DNA of 61,661 bases, counting the filler, from Choristocarpus tenellus KU-1152 (Eukaryota > Protista > Phaeophyceae), in NCBI GenBank assembly GCA_964200185.2. It is 10 parts of 10 records of this genome, joined end to end, with 100 filler letters (N's around TTAATTAATTAA, not from the genome) between each part and the next. Parts side by side here need not be neighbours in the genome. Positions count along the whole stretch, not along the records: positions 1 to 7,290 come from CAXNAD020006397.1; positions 7,391 to 11,483 come from CAXNAD020016260.1; positions 11,584 to 15,655 come from CAXNAD020016372.1; 7 more parts are not named here. One strand, given 5' to 3'. This document shows, in pieces, positions 1 to 11,689 of this stretch. The position numbers were made by a program, and so were the translations under genes. The notes beneath the pieces were generated by a model. The model did not search any database. It worked only from the letters and a program-made list of their open reading frames with translations, and was not told the DNA's origin. Each line of letters begins with the position of its first letter. Within the stretch, counting starts at the first letter, position 1.

Positions 1-769
1 CCCAGTCTTGCCCCAGTAGGAGAGGCTACCCCTGCTTGGCGAAAGGGGGGAGGAGGAGGGCTTGCTGCAGACCCTCATTCTGAGGACAAGTTTTCAAATC
101 CTGAAGCAGGTGGCCCACCATTAGCTGCACACAATCTATTTGTATATCTCGCTCCTCAACTCCATCCCTATCTGATGACTCTCCCTGTAGCAACAGAAGT
201 GAGGACAGGTTTGTACTAGGTGAGAGGTCATATTTTGGCAACAAAGGAGACGGTTTGGCTAATGATCCTCCCCTCGCTGAAGGGACTGTAAGTCAAATTG
301 TCAAGGATCTGGCTGTTGACCCTTCCCTTGGTGATGGGGAGGAAGGTCAGGTTGACATGAGTCTATCCAGAGACACTGAAGGAAGTATAAGATATGTCTC
401 ATCTCTGAGTTCACAGCCCTTGCCTCAGGGAGGTGCTGACCCAACGACTGGCCATACTGCAGCTCGCCAGCTGGAAGACTTTTTTCCTAATCCAGTCCAT
501 AAACCTTGTGTTGAGTTGGGTAGGACTAGACAGAGGAAAGGCTTGCCAGAGTTGAAGGGAGTGCAGGTGTTGGTGGTGTGATGTCTCTCATTGCTATTGT
601 AGAGAGGAAACATGTTGCTTATGCTCTGGCTGTACAGCCCACGCCCGAGTCTGTGTTGATGTGTAACTCCCCTTCATGGTCGTCTCGTTTCTGAGTTGGG
701 ACCACCAGCCCCACAGTCCTATGCTGAGACTCGAAAAAGTCTGAATCCTGGTCAGTATGGGAAGAGGCT

Positions 770-2194
770 ATGTCTAAGGAGTTGGGCGGTTTATTGGACA
801 CAGGTACCTTGAGTGTTGTAGATGTATCCTCGGGGCGCAAGACCACTGGTTCCAAGTGGGTGTTTAAATGGAAGGGTGACTGTTTTGGGATGTTCAGTGG
901 GGCTAAGGCTAGACTAGTTGCTCAAGGTTTTGGCCAGGAGTATGGCGTTGATTACTTTGAAACCTCTGCCCCCACACCTTCCGCCTCATCGGTTAGGCTA
1001 TTGGACAGTGTGACCTGTGAGTTGGACCTGAGGATATTGTACCTAGATGTAGGGCAGACCTTTGTTCAATTTTGACCTGGATGAGGAAGTGTACATGCGC
1101 CTCCGACAGGGATGTGGAGATCTATCCTTATACAACCGTATGTGTTTACAGGTCCTTGTATGGTTTAAAAGCTAGGACTTGGAATGCTAAGCTGGTTTCC
1201 ACCCTCAAGCGTAATGGTTTTGAGCAGTGTCTGACATACCTATGTATATTTAGACTCAGGAGGGATGTTGTTGTCGAGATAATCCTTGCAGTTCATGTGG
1301 ATGACATGATGGTGTTGGCGTCTGGCGATGATTGCAATGATCTTCGTGCCTCCCTGGATGAAGAGTTCCCCACCAAAAACCTTGGCTTGTTGTCTCAGTT
1401 TTCTGGTTGCACTTAGACAAGAGATGGGAAGCGTGGTACCCTCTACATTACCCAGACACACTACATTGACAGTTTGTGTTAACGTTTTTCCATCCAATCA
1501 ACAAGTCCCATCCCTGCTGCCCCTTCCAGAATGTTGGGAACTAGGGAGGAAGATACCCTGTCAGAGGCCTGTCCTTTTCGTGAGCCAGTTGGGGGGTTGA
1601 TGTTGGTCAGTACCATGACCAGGCCAGATGTGACTAGTGCAGTGAGAGTTGTAGCTCGGATCCTTAACTACCTTAAGGAACGTAGGAGTTGGGCTTAACC
1701 TACGAGAAAGGAGCAGGACTGAAACTAGTGGCCTATGTGATGCAGACTTCGTCAATGAGACTTTGATCGGCGTTCTGTATCAGGGGGGGCAGTGATGTTT
1801 GGGGGGGGAGCAGTACCCTGGTTTTCTAAGACCCAGTGTTTCATTGCACAGTCCACTGCAGAGGCTTAGTACATAGCCATGGGGGACTGTGTGAAGGAGT
1901 TGTTGTTTTTAGCGGTGTGTTGGAATTTGTTCGACCTGATGTTTCTGGATCTTATTATGTAGCGTACGAGCACAACACAGGGGCCATCCATTTGGAAGAA
2001 TCCTTTTGAGTTCTGGTAGTACCAAGTACATAGATGTGTGTCACCTTTTCCTGAGGGACTTGGTAACACATGAGCAAATACAGATGACACATGTTAACTT
2101 AGATGGGCAGCATGCAGATGTGCTGACCACGCCTATAGCAGAAGAATCTTTTTGGAGGCATGCAGGGACTTTGCTGAATTTAGACTATATTTAG
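770..2194 (+). pseudogene. Copia pol (reverse transcriptase-RNase H), frameshifted and with in-frame stops
   Basis: Consecutive ORF fragments 770-1075, 1072-1416 and 2006-2194 carry collinear Copia RT/RNase H motifs in different frames. Confidence 0.92.
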
Positions 2195-2297
2195 TGTTTT
2201 GTTTTTTCGTTGGATTTTGCATTCTTCGTTTAGTTTGGATTTTCTTCTTCACTGAATTCAATTTCGATTTATGTCTAGTGACCCCTCTGAGTTGCTT

Positions 2298-2572
2298 GAG
2301 GTAGGGAGGGTGTTCGAATAGACTCCTCCAACTGTGACGGATATCACTAGTAGTATACATGCAGAGTCAGAACACAAGACTTATTAGTTGGTAGTTAAAA
2401 CATATTTGTTCTTGTATTCGAACGGATAGATAGGAATTAATCCCACTAAGCATGGTGTTTTGGGGTTGTATGGTCGCCCCCTCTGCTTGGTAATAATCAC
2501 TCTACACCATTTTTGGTAATAATCCTGTATTTATCTCTTCTATCCATACATGAGCCGGGGGATACTTTAACA
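2298..2572 (+). mobile_element. Polypurine tract (2298-2310) and putative 3' LTR (2311-2572, TGTT...AACA)
   Basis: GAGGTAGGGAGGG is followed immediately by TGTTCG at 2311. AACA ends at 2572, exactly where the tandem array begins. Confidence 0.75.
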
Positions 2573-5500
2573 GACGGTGCTCAGGTCTATCCTCACAAAC
2601 GGTGTACAACTATCCGACCATAATAAGGTTTTGGATATACATATCGCATGACTTTGTAAAGACCAGTCTTCCCAGGTGCTAATGTTGGTGTTCAAGTCTG
2701 ATGGTTTCTTCGTCTGTTGTGTGCAGGTACAAAGGCCCCAAAATTATTTTGGACATATTCAATTTTGCAACTGCTACTACTCTGTTACCAGGTGCTGATG
2801 TTGGTGCTTTTGTCGTGTGTGCTGGAATATATTTGGAAGGTGTGCAGGGGAAAAAACACGAATATGGCCTTGAATGTATTGAAGGACTTCGTAACTGCCA
2901 TAATTGTGTTATCAGGAAATGCTCCTGGTGATCATTTCGTGCACGTGTACCTTCATACAATCAGTAAAGGTGATAGGTTTCTAATACGGTTTGGGGTGTA
3001 TCTAGTGGCACCATTGTGTTGCAAGATGTAGAAATTGGCGCTTATATCATGAGTTGTTGGCCTCTTTGTCCAAATTGTACAGGTGAAGGGACCCTAGCGC
3101 GCCTTCTGATTAATTCCAACGGGGTGTAAATACCACTGTATTTCCAGGGTGCTGGTATTAGTTCTCACCTCGTATTTGATATTTTCATAAATTGAGGGAG
3201 TAAGACAAGCACGATTGGGACCTGGACGTATCGAACGACTTTGCTACTACCTCTGATTAAAGTTGCAGGTGTTAATGCGTAAGTGGTGTGTTGATATCTT
3301 CGTGCAAATGTTGCAGGCGAGACTACCAATGGTTTTCTTTTGGATTTATCCCATGGCTTTGTAGCTGACGCCTTTGTGCTCAGGAAAAAATGTTGGTGAT
3401 TAAGTGGTGTACTAGAATCTTCGTGCGAATGGTGCAGGTGAAACCACTACGCTACTTTTTTCAACATCCGAACGACCTTCTAACCACCGCTGTCCAGGAG
3501 TTGTGTTTGTGCTCAAGTTGTGTGTTGGTGACCTTTCTCCAAATTGTGCATGTGCAACGACCAATATAGCGGATTTGAATATATCTCACAGTCTTAGAGC
3601 TGTCACGTTGTTCCAAGATGCTGATGTTAGTGCTCAAGCCTCATGTTTGAACCTCTGTGCACATTGTGCCGATGAAAAGACTAAGATACATTAGTTTGGG
3701 ACGAATCTAAGAGCATTCTAACTGCGACTGTGTCTTAGGTTTTGAGTTGGTATCGGTGTGGAAATTGTGCAGTTGAGATAATCATAATACGGGTCATAGA
3801 TATGTACAACGGTTTTGAAACTGTCAATATGTTCCCACACGGTGATATTGATGCTCAAGTCGAGTGTTGGTATCTGAGTGCAAAGTTGCAGAGGTGAAAC
3901 GACCATGATACGCTTTTCAGTCTGTCAAGAAAGATTGTATCTGCTATTGTGTTCCCAAGTGCTAATATTGGTGTTCAACGACATTGGACGTTGGTGATTT
4001 GGTGCAAATTGTACAAGTAAATTGAAGAGATATTACGGTTTTGAATTGCACCCAACTACCCTCTTGCTGCCGCTGTGTACCCCGGTACTGATGTTGGTGC
4101 TCAAGAGCTGGGCTAATATTTTCGAGGAAATTGTGTTGTTGAGACGTCCATAATGAGTTTTTGGGTGTGTCGAGTGGCTTGCTAACTGCCACTATTTAGC
4201 CAGTTACTGATGTTGGTGCTCAGGCCCTGTGATAATATCTTTGTGGAAATTGTACAGCTGAACGACCATAATACCGTTTGGATGTATAGAACATATTTGT
4301 AACTGGCACAAACTGCCAAGGTGTTGGTGTTGGTGCTAAAGTCGTGGAATGGAATCTTCTTGAAAATCATCCGGTAAATCTACCAAAACACGATCTACAA
4401 CATATCCAACGGCAGTGTAACAGTCACTGTATTCCCGGGTGATGATGCCGGTCCTCATGTCGTGTTTTGGGCATTCGGAGCAAAGTAGGCAGGTCAAACG
4501 ACCAAAATATCGTTTTTTGATGTATTGGACTTCAATCCAAGTGCCAATACTGTGCTACCAGCAAGTGTTAATAGTGCTCATGCTGTGTTTTTGTATCATT
4601 ATGTAAATGGTAGAGGTGAAACAACCATAATACCATTTTGGATCTATCGGAGGGCAATGTAACTGCCACTGTGCTCCAAGGTGTTGATGCTGACGCTTAC
4701 GTCATGCGGTAGTATCTTTGCCATTAATTTTGTTTTCACCCAACGGTTCTGTAGCTGTCACGGTGTTCCAAGGTGCCGACATTGATGCTCAGGTCGTGTG
4801 TTGGCATCTCTATAGATTAGACAGGTGAAAGGATCAAATTATACCGTTTTTGCCGTATCAAAGGGCACTGTAACGGCCACCGTACTGTGTTTCAGTTGCT
4901 GATGTTGATGCTCAAGTCCTGGGTTGATATCGTTGTGCACGTGTCGCGGCCATTATTGTTTGGATATCCAACTATTTCATAACTGCAACTAATTCTCCCA
5001 GGTTCTGGTGATTGTGTGTTCAAATCGTGCGATGATATGTTTATGCAAATTATTCAGGTGAAACGACCATGACACGATTTGGGATATATCAAACGATTTT
5101 TAAAACGTAATTGTCCTTCGGGGAACTGATGTTGGCACTCAAGTCGTGTGTTGGATTCTTTGCAGCATATGCAGGAGAAACGGCCATAATACTGTTTTGG
5201 ATGCTTCCACCTGTTCTGTAACTACCCCTGTGTTCCCCGTACTCATGCTGACACTCTCAAGTCGTGTGTGGGTATCCTCATGCTATGATTCAAGTGAAGC
5301 AACCACATAATCCTGTTTTGGATATATCGAACGGCTTTGTAACTGCCACTTCTATACACAGGAAAGAATGTTGCTCAAGTGGTGTTCCTTGTCATTGTGG
5401 AAGTTGTAAAGGTGAAACGACCATGTTTTTCATTAATAGAATGAAAATCTTAGGTACGATTGTGTTCACAGGTGCTGATATTGGTCTCGAGTCGTGTCTT

Positions 5501-5850
5501 GGTATATTGGCGCAAATTGTGCTGGTGGAACGAACATGATACAGGCATCGACATACATACAGAATAATTTCTTTGTAACTTCCACTTCATCCGAGAATGC
5601 TGATGTTTGCATTGTTGTTGTTATATGTTGGAATCTTCCTGGAAATTCCACGGGTAAACGGACACATTTCAGCTTGAGTATATCCAACGGCCTGCAAACT
5701 GGCACTCCTTTCCCAGGTGCCGATGTCGATTTCTCGATAGAAATTGTGCAGGTGAAACGACAAGAATACGTTTTTGGATGTATCGAACAGCTTCGTAGTT
5801 GCCACATTTTTCTAGTTGCTGATGTTCGTGCTCAAGTCTTAGCAGGATGC
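2573..5850. repeat. Highly diverged tandem array, ~119-bp unit, roughly 27 copies
   Basis: Motifs GCAGGTGAAACGACCATAATAC, TTTTGGATATATC, TGTAACTGCCAC and CCAGGTGCTGATGTTGGTGCTCAAGTCGTGTGTTGG recur at ~118-120 bp spacing (e.g. ~3314, 3433, 4252, 4370, 4488, 4611, 5054, 5171, 5290, 5408). Confidence 0.9.
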
Positions 5851-6149
5851 AGATAAAGACAAGCCCCCACTGGTGACAAAATTGTTTCGATACTTGTCAA
5901 GAATGGGAATATACTCGACTATGAACATTCCTGATTTGGTGACACTGCATAACTGTGCACGACTATTCGTTTGCTATAACCAGATGTATGTGGTATCATT
6001 GTTGTATATGCTGCAATAATTGTACTATCAGTTGGGAGTGGCATACTGCGTACTACCACATATGCTACTTGGGAAAAAGGGAATAGTTGCGGGTGCACTA
6101 TCACAAACCACCCCAGCACCTACTTGCACCACCAGAAATGCACTACCAA

Positions 6150-7000
6150 AGAACAAAAAAGCACAATGAAGTCACCAGAGTGGGAGTATGTACGAAAGAT
6201 TCTATGTGGGAGGAACAAATGTATCGATTGTAGAATGTTGTGCTGCAGAGTGAAAATAGTTTAATGGGAGTTCTGCTAAGAATCCATACCCATGTGCTTG
6301 GTCTGGGGGTGGCGGTGGTATTGGTGCCCACACAACCTTAATCTCCGTGGCTGTCAAGAAGCTTGGAATCAAATGATTTGAGAAGGAATAAATGTGTTTA
6401 AGAGATAAGGAAAGAAGCCTATTTAGGTTGGTGAACATGCGGGGATCAATCAGTGTTAAGAACCTTGCGTATTACCTCATTCAGTTTCAAATTTTGAATC
6501 CATTCGTCTGACTGTGGGAAGAAAAGCTCATAATAAATGTTTAAGGGTAACTATCATATTCAAAACTTCAACTTGTCGATAGGAAAACTACTTGGTTGAA
6601 AAAATTAGCAGAGTAGTAATATATATTTTTCCGACTGGCTCAGTCAAATGGGTCTTTACGTTTAATGAAATATCATAATGTCTGACCTATTCTGGTTTTT
6701 CACTTTGCTGGGGATGATGTTCCCAGATTGAACATGTTGCGAAAAACCATCCCTGGAACTTAGTGATGCGGAAGTGTCGTTAGAGTGGAGCAGCAGAGCA
6801 ATGATTATTATCTCAGGGACACTGGCTTGCCTCTGACTTTGGAGCACTAGGGATCCAAACTTGGCAGAAGCTACGGCATGGAAAAGGATACAATCTCCTT
6901 GGAACTATGGTCGGAACAGTGTGGATCATTATATTTAATTATTCATGTCACTACGCTTGCCCTGTTTCTCAGGAAACCAAGGGTTTGAACACCTGGATAA
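6150..7000 (+). pseudogene. Possible decayed hAT-like transposase with BED-type zinc finger
   Basis: Frame-hopping translation gives KSPEWEYV...VECC...FNGSSA-RIHTHVLGLG (BED-like) and later TISLELWS..SLYLIIHV (resembles the hAT first catalytic strand). Many stops. Confidence 0.35.
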
Positions 7001-7240
7001 ACTTAGAGTTGGGATCATTGCCTTCTGATACTTAGTTCCTAATTCGCAGTCTAAAGTGCTGTCATATTCTAATAAGATAATCCAATTCAAAGAATGGCGC
7101 ACTACATGGCCTTGCCCCACAAAATGCGGACTGTTTCCGGGATTATGCTCAAATACGAAGCCTTTCACTCACTTCCCTACGATTCTGCTTGGTAGCAAAG
7201 AATACTTGTGTGGTCCCTGTTACAAAATCAAAAAAATACT

Positions 7241-7290
7241 GGGTCAAAGTATCTGGGGGGGGGGAGGTGGTTTGTGAGGGGGCGTCCGTT
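7241..7290 (+). mobile_element. MITE family A, one end, truncated by contig end
   Basis: GGGTCAAAGTATCTGGGGG terminal repeat. Confidence 0.75.
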
Positions 7291-7390
7291 NNNNNNNNNN
7301 NNNNNNNNNNNNNNNNNNNNNNNNNNNNNNNNNNTTAATTAATTAANNNNNNNNNNNNNNNNNNNNNNNNNNNNNNNNNNNNNNNNNNNN
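7291..7390. other. Artificial contig linker N44-TTAATTAATTAA-N44 (also at 11484-11583, 15656-15755, 22250-22349, 40871-40970, 44524-44623, 47769-47868, 52120-52219, 56669-56768)
   Basis: Nine identical 100-bp spacers whose core places stop codons in all six frames. Confidence 0.97.
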
Positions 7391-7485
7391 GGGGGGAAAA
7401 TTAAAATATTTTTTTCCTTTTTTTGGCCCAAAAGGCCGTCATGGGGTATCCCCCCCCCCCCCCCCCCCCCCAGATACTTTGGGTC
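7391..7485. mobile_element. MITE family A, one end, at contig start
   Basis: Poly-C followed by CAGATACTTTGGGTC. Confidence 0.7.
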
Positions 7486-7960
7486 AATAATATATCACGA
7501 GCATCAGTCTATTTTGGATCAATAACCCAAGTTATGAGGTGAAACAAGTTATCTTATGTTCGCACAATTTCTAGGAGTGCTCTTATTATGCTGCTGCTGA
7601 GTAAGATGAAATTTGCATGCACAATTTGATTCAATCATCATGAACTTTGATGGTAAGATTGAGAGTGTAAGAGATATTTGCAGATTGAAAATATCTTATT
7701 GGTTCCATTGCAGTTCACGTACAATACAAGTCGTTTCAATACTGCTTTGCATGACATATTCCCATATCAGTTATCCTACTTGTTTGATCTTCACCGTTGA
7801 CACACCTGGATACACAAACGGGAACCTCCTGAATAGTGTGATTAGCCTCCGCACATCGGGGAAGGAGTGGTATTTCTTCAGTTGATTTATCCACTATACT
7901 TTAAGAATGCCAGTCATGTCTACCTTTGCTCAGTCTCAATCCAACAAGTAGGCCTTCTAG

Positions 7961-10900
7961 ACTTGCAAGGCGATGTCTCTGAAGATTCTTTCTCCTTGTC
8001 ATATCAAGCTCAAGAAGGGTAAACAGGTTACCTATGAGGATGCCATTGATGTTGCGGATCATCTGGAGAAGGAGAGTGAAGAGTATAGAGGAGGATATCC
8101 TCGAGCAGAGAGAGACAGAGCTGAGTCAAAGGAAGGATGTCAAGATGGCACTGTGGGTCTTGTCAACTTCATTCGCCTCATGCGCATGAGACCCATAAAC
8201 GCTTCACATGGTAAGAGAAATGTTGATAACCCTGTGGACTCCTCTGGCACCATTTAATCTATTGCTCGTAGAAATAAGCTTTAAAAGATGTATTGTAAGT
8301 CAGAGATCCTTCCATATGCTGATAAACTCTTACCTTATTTCTCATGTATCTTTGTCGATTATTATCAGAATGAGGTGTACATTGTGTTGATCAAATGTAA
8401 CAAATATCAGCGAGCAAACAAAAACAAAGGTAGATTACTGTGTAGATGTCTAGTAGAGCAATGGGACCCGTAGTATCAAAGAGGTAAGGGTGGTTTAAGG
8501 ATGGTCATCCGATCAGAGCTTGATGCGGTATTGTATAACATTCCAGTTTGGTGTCTGTTTTGAGGGTGATTTTTGATCGGATTTGGGATGGAAAAGAAAG
8601 GTGTATGCAGATGAAGGAAATTGCCCTTAGTTCTGACAAGTCCACCCAAATGACTTGAACATCACTAAAGGTCACAAACGCCCAGAATGGACGCTTTAAC
8701 ACCCCACTAGGATACCATGGGTCTGAGCCTTGTTGGGAATATTGCAATGGTTGAAAAAGTAGGTATTGAATATTATTCCAAACGCCTTGCTTCTACTCCT
8801 ACAGGGTGCACATGTAGAGGTCGGTATGTGTATAATAGCCACAGGATGAAGAGACCACCTTCCAGGAAGTTGAATGAGAAGAGTATGATATGGGGTGTAG
8901 GGGGCGAAAGTAAAAACATCTACAGCAAAAGGGATGGTTTTATGCCATATTAAAGCAATGGGATGTGTTTTCTCTGCAAAGTCTTCTGCCTACTCAATTT
9001 TAGTGTTAATAACATTACTATATAGTCCAGAGTATGTTTATTGTAATGCTACATAGTAATAACATTGTGTCCTTGACATCCCTTTATTTGCTCCCTGTGA
9101 GAGGAGAATGGAACAAAAGTCAACAAAAATCTACTGTTTGTTGTGGCAAGATGATGTTGTCTAGTGCTTGTAGGTGAAGTTTCAGTTCCTTCCCCATCTC
9201 ACATCTGCTACACGAGCACCCAATAATAACCACAGGCATATACATACTCTGCATGTATTGCCTTCATGCTTGTACTACCCAGCCAAGGATGAGGACAATA
9301 TTGCCTCAGAAATGGAGACCAGTGCAATTGGAGACGAAAACAGCTATGACTTTTCGACTGATCCAGACACAAGGGAGGCAGAGAAGAGGCTCCAGAAAAT
9401 AGTGCACAAGCAGGTGAGAGAGAGATAGAGACGGTGCTACAGAACTTCATTCACATCACCCCATACTCTTGGTTCAAAATATATAGTATTCAGATGGCAA
9501 GCTTTATGTCAACTTGTGCATGGTAAGGAAGGTAGGAAGATAAAGATGACATGGCACTGAAGCAGTCTTATTTTTCATCTTCCCTCATGAACTAGCTTGG
9601 AGTTGAAGGTATCAAAGAATGTGGAGGTTGGAGGAATCATCACCATCATTGTCCTGGATGTCACCTCTTCTACCCTACCTAGATTGCTTCCATGAGGAAT
9701 GACAAAATTTTTATAAAGAGAAAAGAAACTTCCCTCCAGATCATCATGCACCTGTAGATTACCGTCCTGTGGGGATGGTATGATTTAGGGCCTCTTGCAG
9801 ATTTGGCATGATAAGGTGCAGGAAAATGATAGTGAGGAGAGGGCAGTATGTGACGGCAAAGTGTACGGAATGAGGACACCTTTCTGGAAGAATTGACTCT
9901 ATAATACTTCACATATACCGCATGAAGCCTGGTCATTTTGAACTTCCCAGTAACTTGTCGTGTAGACCCTCAACAGCTCCTTTGACCACTCCATCTTTTT
10001 AATCGGAAAAAAGATTTCTAGTTCAAAAAAGCACTGCAGAGAAAAAACTGCATCAATTTCCCCACATCATTTCCCTCTACTGCCACAGAGAGACACAAAG
10101 TTGCACAGCAGCTTCTGATAGTTCAAGGATCTACTACCTAAAACAACCTCTTCATGGTGCAATCCCGACAATCAGACTTCCTGCACTGATCTAAACACTG
10201 GGCTATTTCTCCATCAAATCATCAATGCCTTGATAATGCCAATAATGTCACACACCCCACCATCATGCTCCTCAACCTTCAACAATGATGAGCCTTGTGA
10301 TCTGATTATCCCCACTGCCGTTAACTTGAACAGACCAGAAGAGGGATCGATGTGGAAGCAGTCTTTCATCGATATGATCCGGGGGAGTCGGGATTAATAC
10401 CACGCTCTGACTTTGTTCAAGCACTAATGGAGCTGGGGGTCAGTGTCCTAGAGCAGCGTGGTGGGCCACCTCTCAAGGCTGTAGCAAGGTATGTAACAAA
10501 GCTTCAGCAATCTGTTTGCCTATGTATTGTTGGTCCCTGTGCTTCCTGTTCCCCTGTGCATTGTTCAATTTTTTGCAGTAATATTTTGAAAAATATATTG
10601 TGTAGGATAACTACACCTCTGCTGCCAAAATATTATGTAGCACTTAACTCTGTCACACTTTTTATTGCTAAAAAAAATATACTCCGCATATTCTCAAGTC
10701 ATATAACCCTGGTCCTATTATTAAGCAACATCAGGATATCCAGAAAATTCTCTTGAAACAATACATGCAGAGTACATGCATGCTAATAATATGATCATTC
10801 ACTACATGAACAACTCTTTAGGGAGGGATCCCACCTGGGTGAACAGGATCCACTTCGCCGACGACAATTGGCGCAGTTGGCCAGAACTAAAGGTCCAGTT

Positions 10901-11037
10901 GAGCGGCGCCTATTACGCTTGCGTCGACAACGACAGGGGCTCTTTGTCACAGGAGGTGGAGACATGGGGACCAGGGGGAAAGGAAAACAGAACGAACAAT
11001 TTCAAGATGAAGACGAAAGTCTGGCCCTAATCCAGTG
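7961..11037 (+). CDS. Internal exons (7961-8210, 9283-9413, 10334-10488, 10822-11037) of an EF-hand-containing protein; partial
   Basis: Four AG/GT-bounded exons with compatible phases give an open frame including VFHRYDPGESGLIPRSDFVQALMELG (EF-hand) and DGTVGLVNFIRLM (degenerate EF-hand). Confidence 0.8.
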
Positions 11038-11248
11038 GTGAGGGACCACACCATGCATTGTGTATCCCCCTTCCAATGGCTTTGTAGACCCCACCATATT
11101 TGGCAGCGACTGAATGGAGCTTTTAGTGTATAGTTGTATAGTGTGACGGTAGAGTCTGAGAGGAAAAAACATTGCTACTATTATGGATTTCCCAAGGGAG
11201 GCGAAATCCCTTGCCTAACAGAGTCCCTTTGTAAAATAAGCTAGCCAA

Positions 11249-11431
11249 GGATCAAAGTATCTGGGGGGGGGGAGGGGGGGGGGGTCTACACCAGGGTGTC
11301 AATTTGGGCCCTGACCAGGAGAAGTGAACTCATATTATCCATTAGATGCATGGAACCAAATCACCCAATATTCGCAACATGGAAAATTGAGCCCCGAAGG
11401 GACAGCCGCCACCTCCCAGATACTTTGAGCC
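11249..11431 (+). mobile_element. MITE family A, full length (~183 bp)
   Basis: TIRs GGATCAAAGTATCTGGG and CCCAGATACTTTGAGCC; internal sequence shared with other copies. Confidence 0.85.
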
Positions 11432-11458
11432 CAGGATTGCCTCTTCTACAACCCTTCA

Positions 11459-11483
11459 GGCTCAAAATATCTGGGGGGGGTGG
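11459..11483 (+). mobile_element. MITE family A, one end, truncated by contig end
   Basis: GGCTCAAAATATCTGGGGGGG. Confidence 0.65.
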
Positions 11484-11689
11484 NNNNNNNNNNNNNNNNN
11501 NNNNNNNNNNNNNNNNNNNNNNNNNNNTTAATTAATTAANNNNNNNNNNNNNNNNNNNNNNNNNNNNNNNNNNNNNNNNNNNNAAAAGAAGAAAAAAAAA
11601 AAAAAAAAAATCTCGGCGGGGAGAGGGTAGGGGGGAGGATTGGGGGGGGGGGGGGCAGGGGATTATGGGTGTTTTTTCCAACTCATGAT

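Larger units (their letters stand above)
1..2572 (+). mobile_element. Degenerate Ty1/Copia LTR retrotransposon, 3' part (IN-RT linker, RT, RNase H, PPT, 3' LTR)
   Basis: RT motifs KWVFKWK, KARLVAQGFGQEYGVDYFET (770-1075), SLYGLK and VHVDDM (1072-1416). RNase H motifs DADF..DRRSVSG, WFSKTQ..STAEA*Y, TKYIDV and QHADVLT (to 2194). Several frameshifts and stops. Confidence 0.95.

Noticed and set aside
2573-5850. 119-bp array as 5S rDNA or as a CRISPR array
   Set aside because: Length and ACGACCATA recall 5S rRNA, but the rest is not collinear with 5S and lacks its internal boxes. The whole unit is homologous between copies, so there are no unique spacers, and no cas genes are present.
2679-5856. 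ORF-track peptides inside the array as unspliced repeat proteins
   Set aside because: The period is not a multiple of 3 and frames are broken by frequent stops.
7335-7346. TTAATTAATTAA as a biological motif or piggyBac target
   Set aside because: Always centred in exactly 44+44 Ns; it is an assembly linker.
8580-8960. Tc1/mariner-like WKRKVYADE fragment in an intron
   Set aside because: One short motif with no further collinear support.
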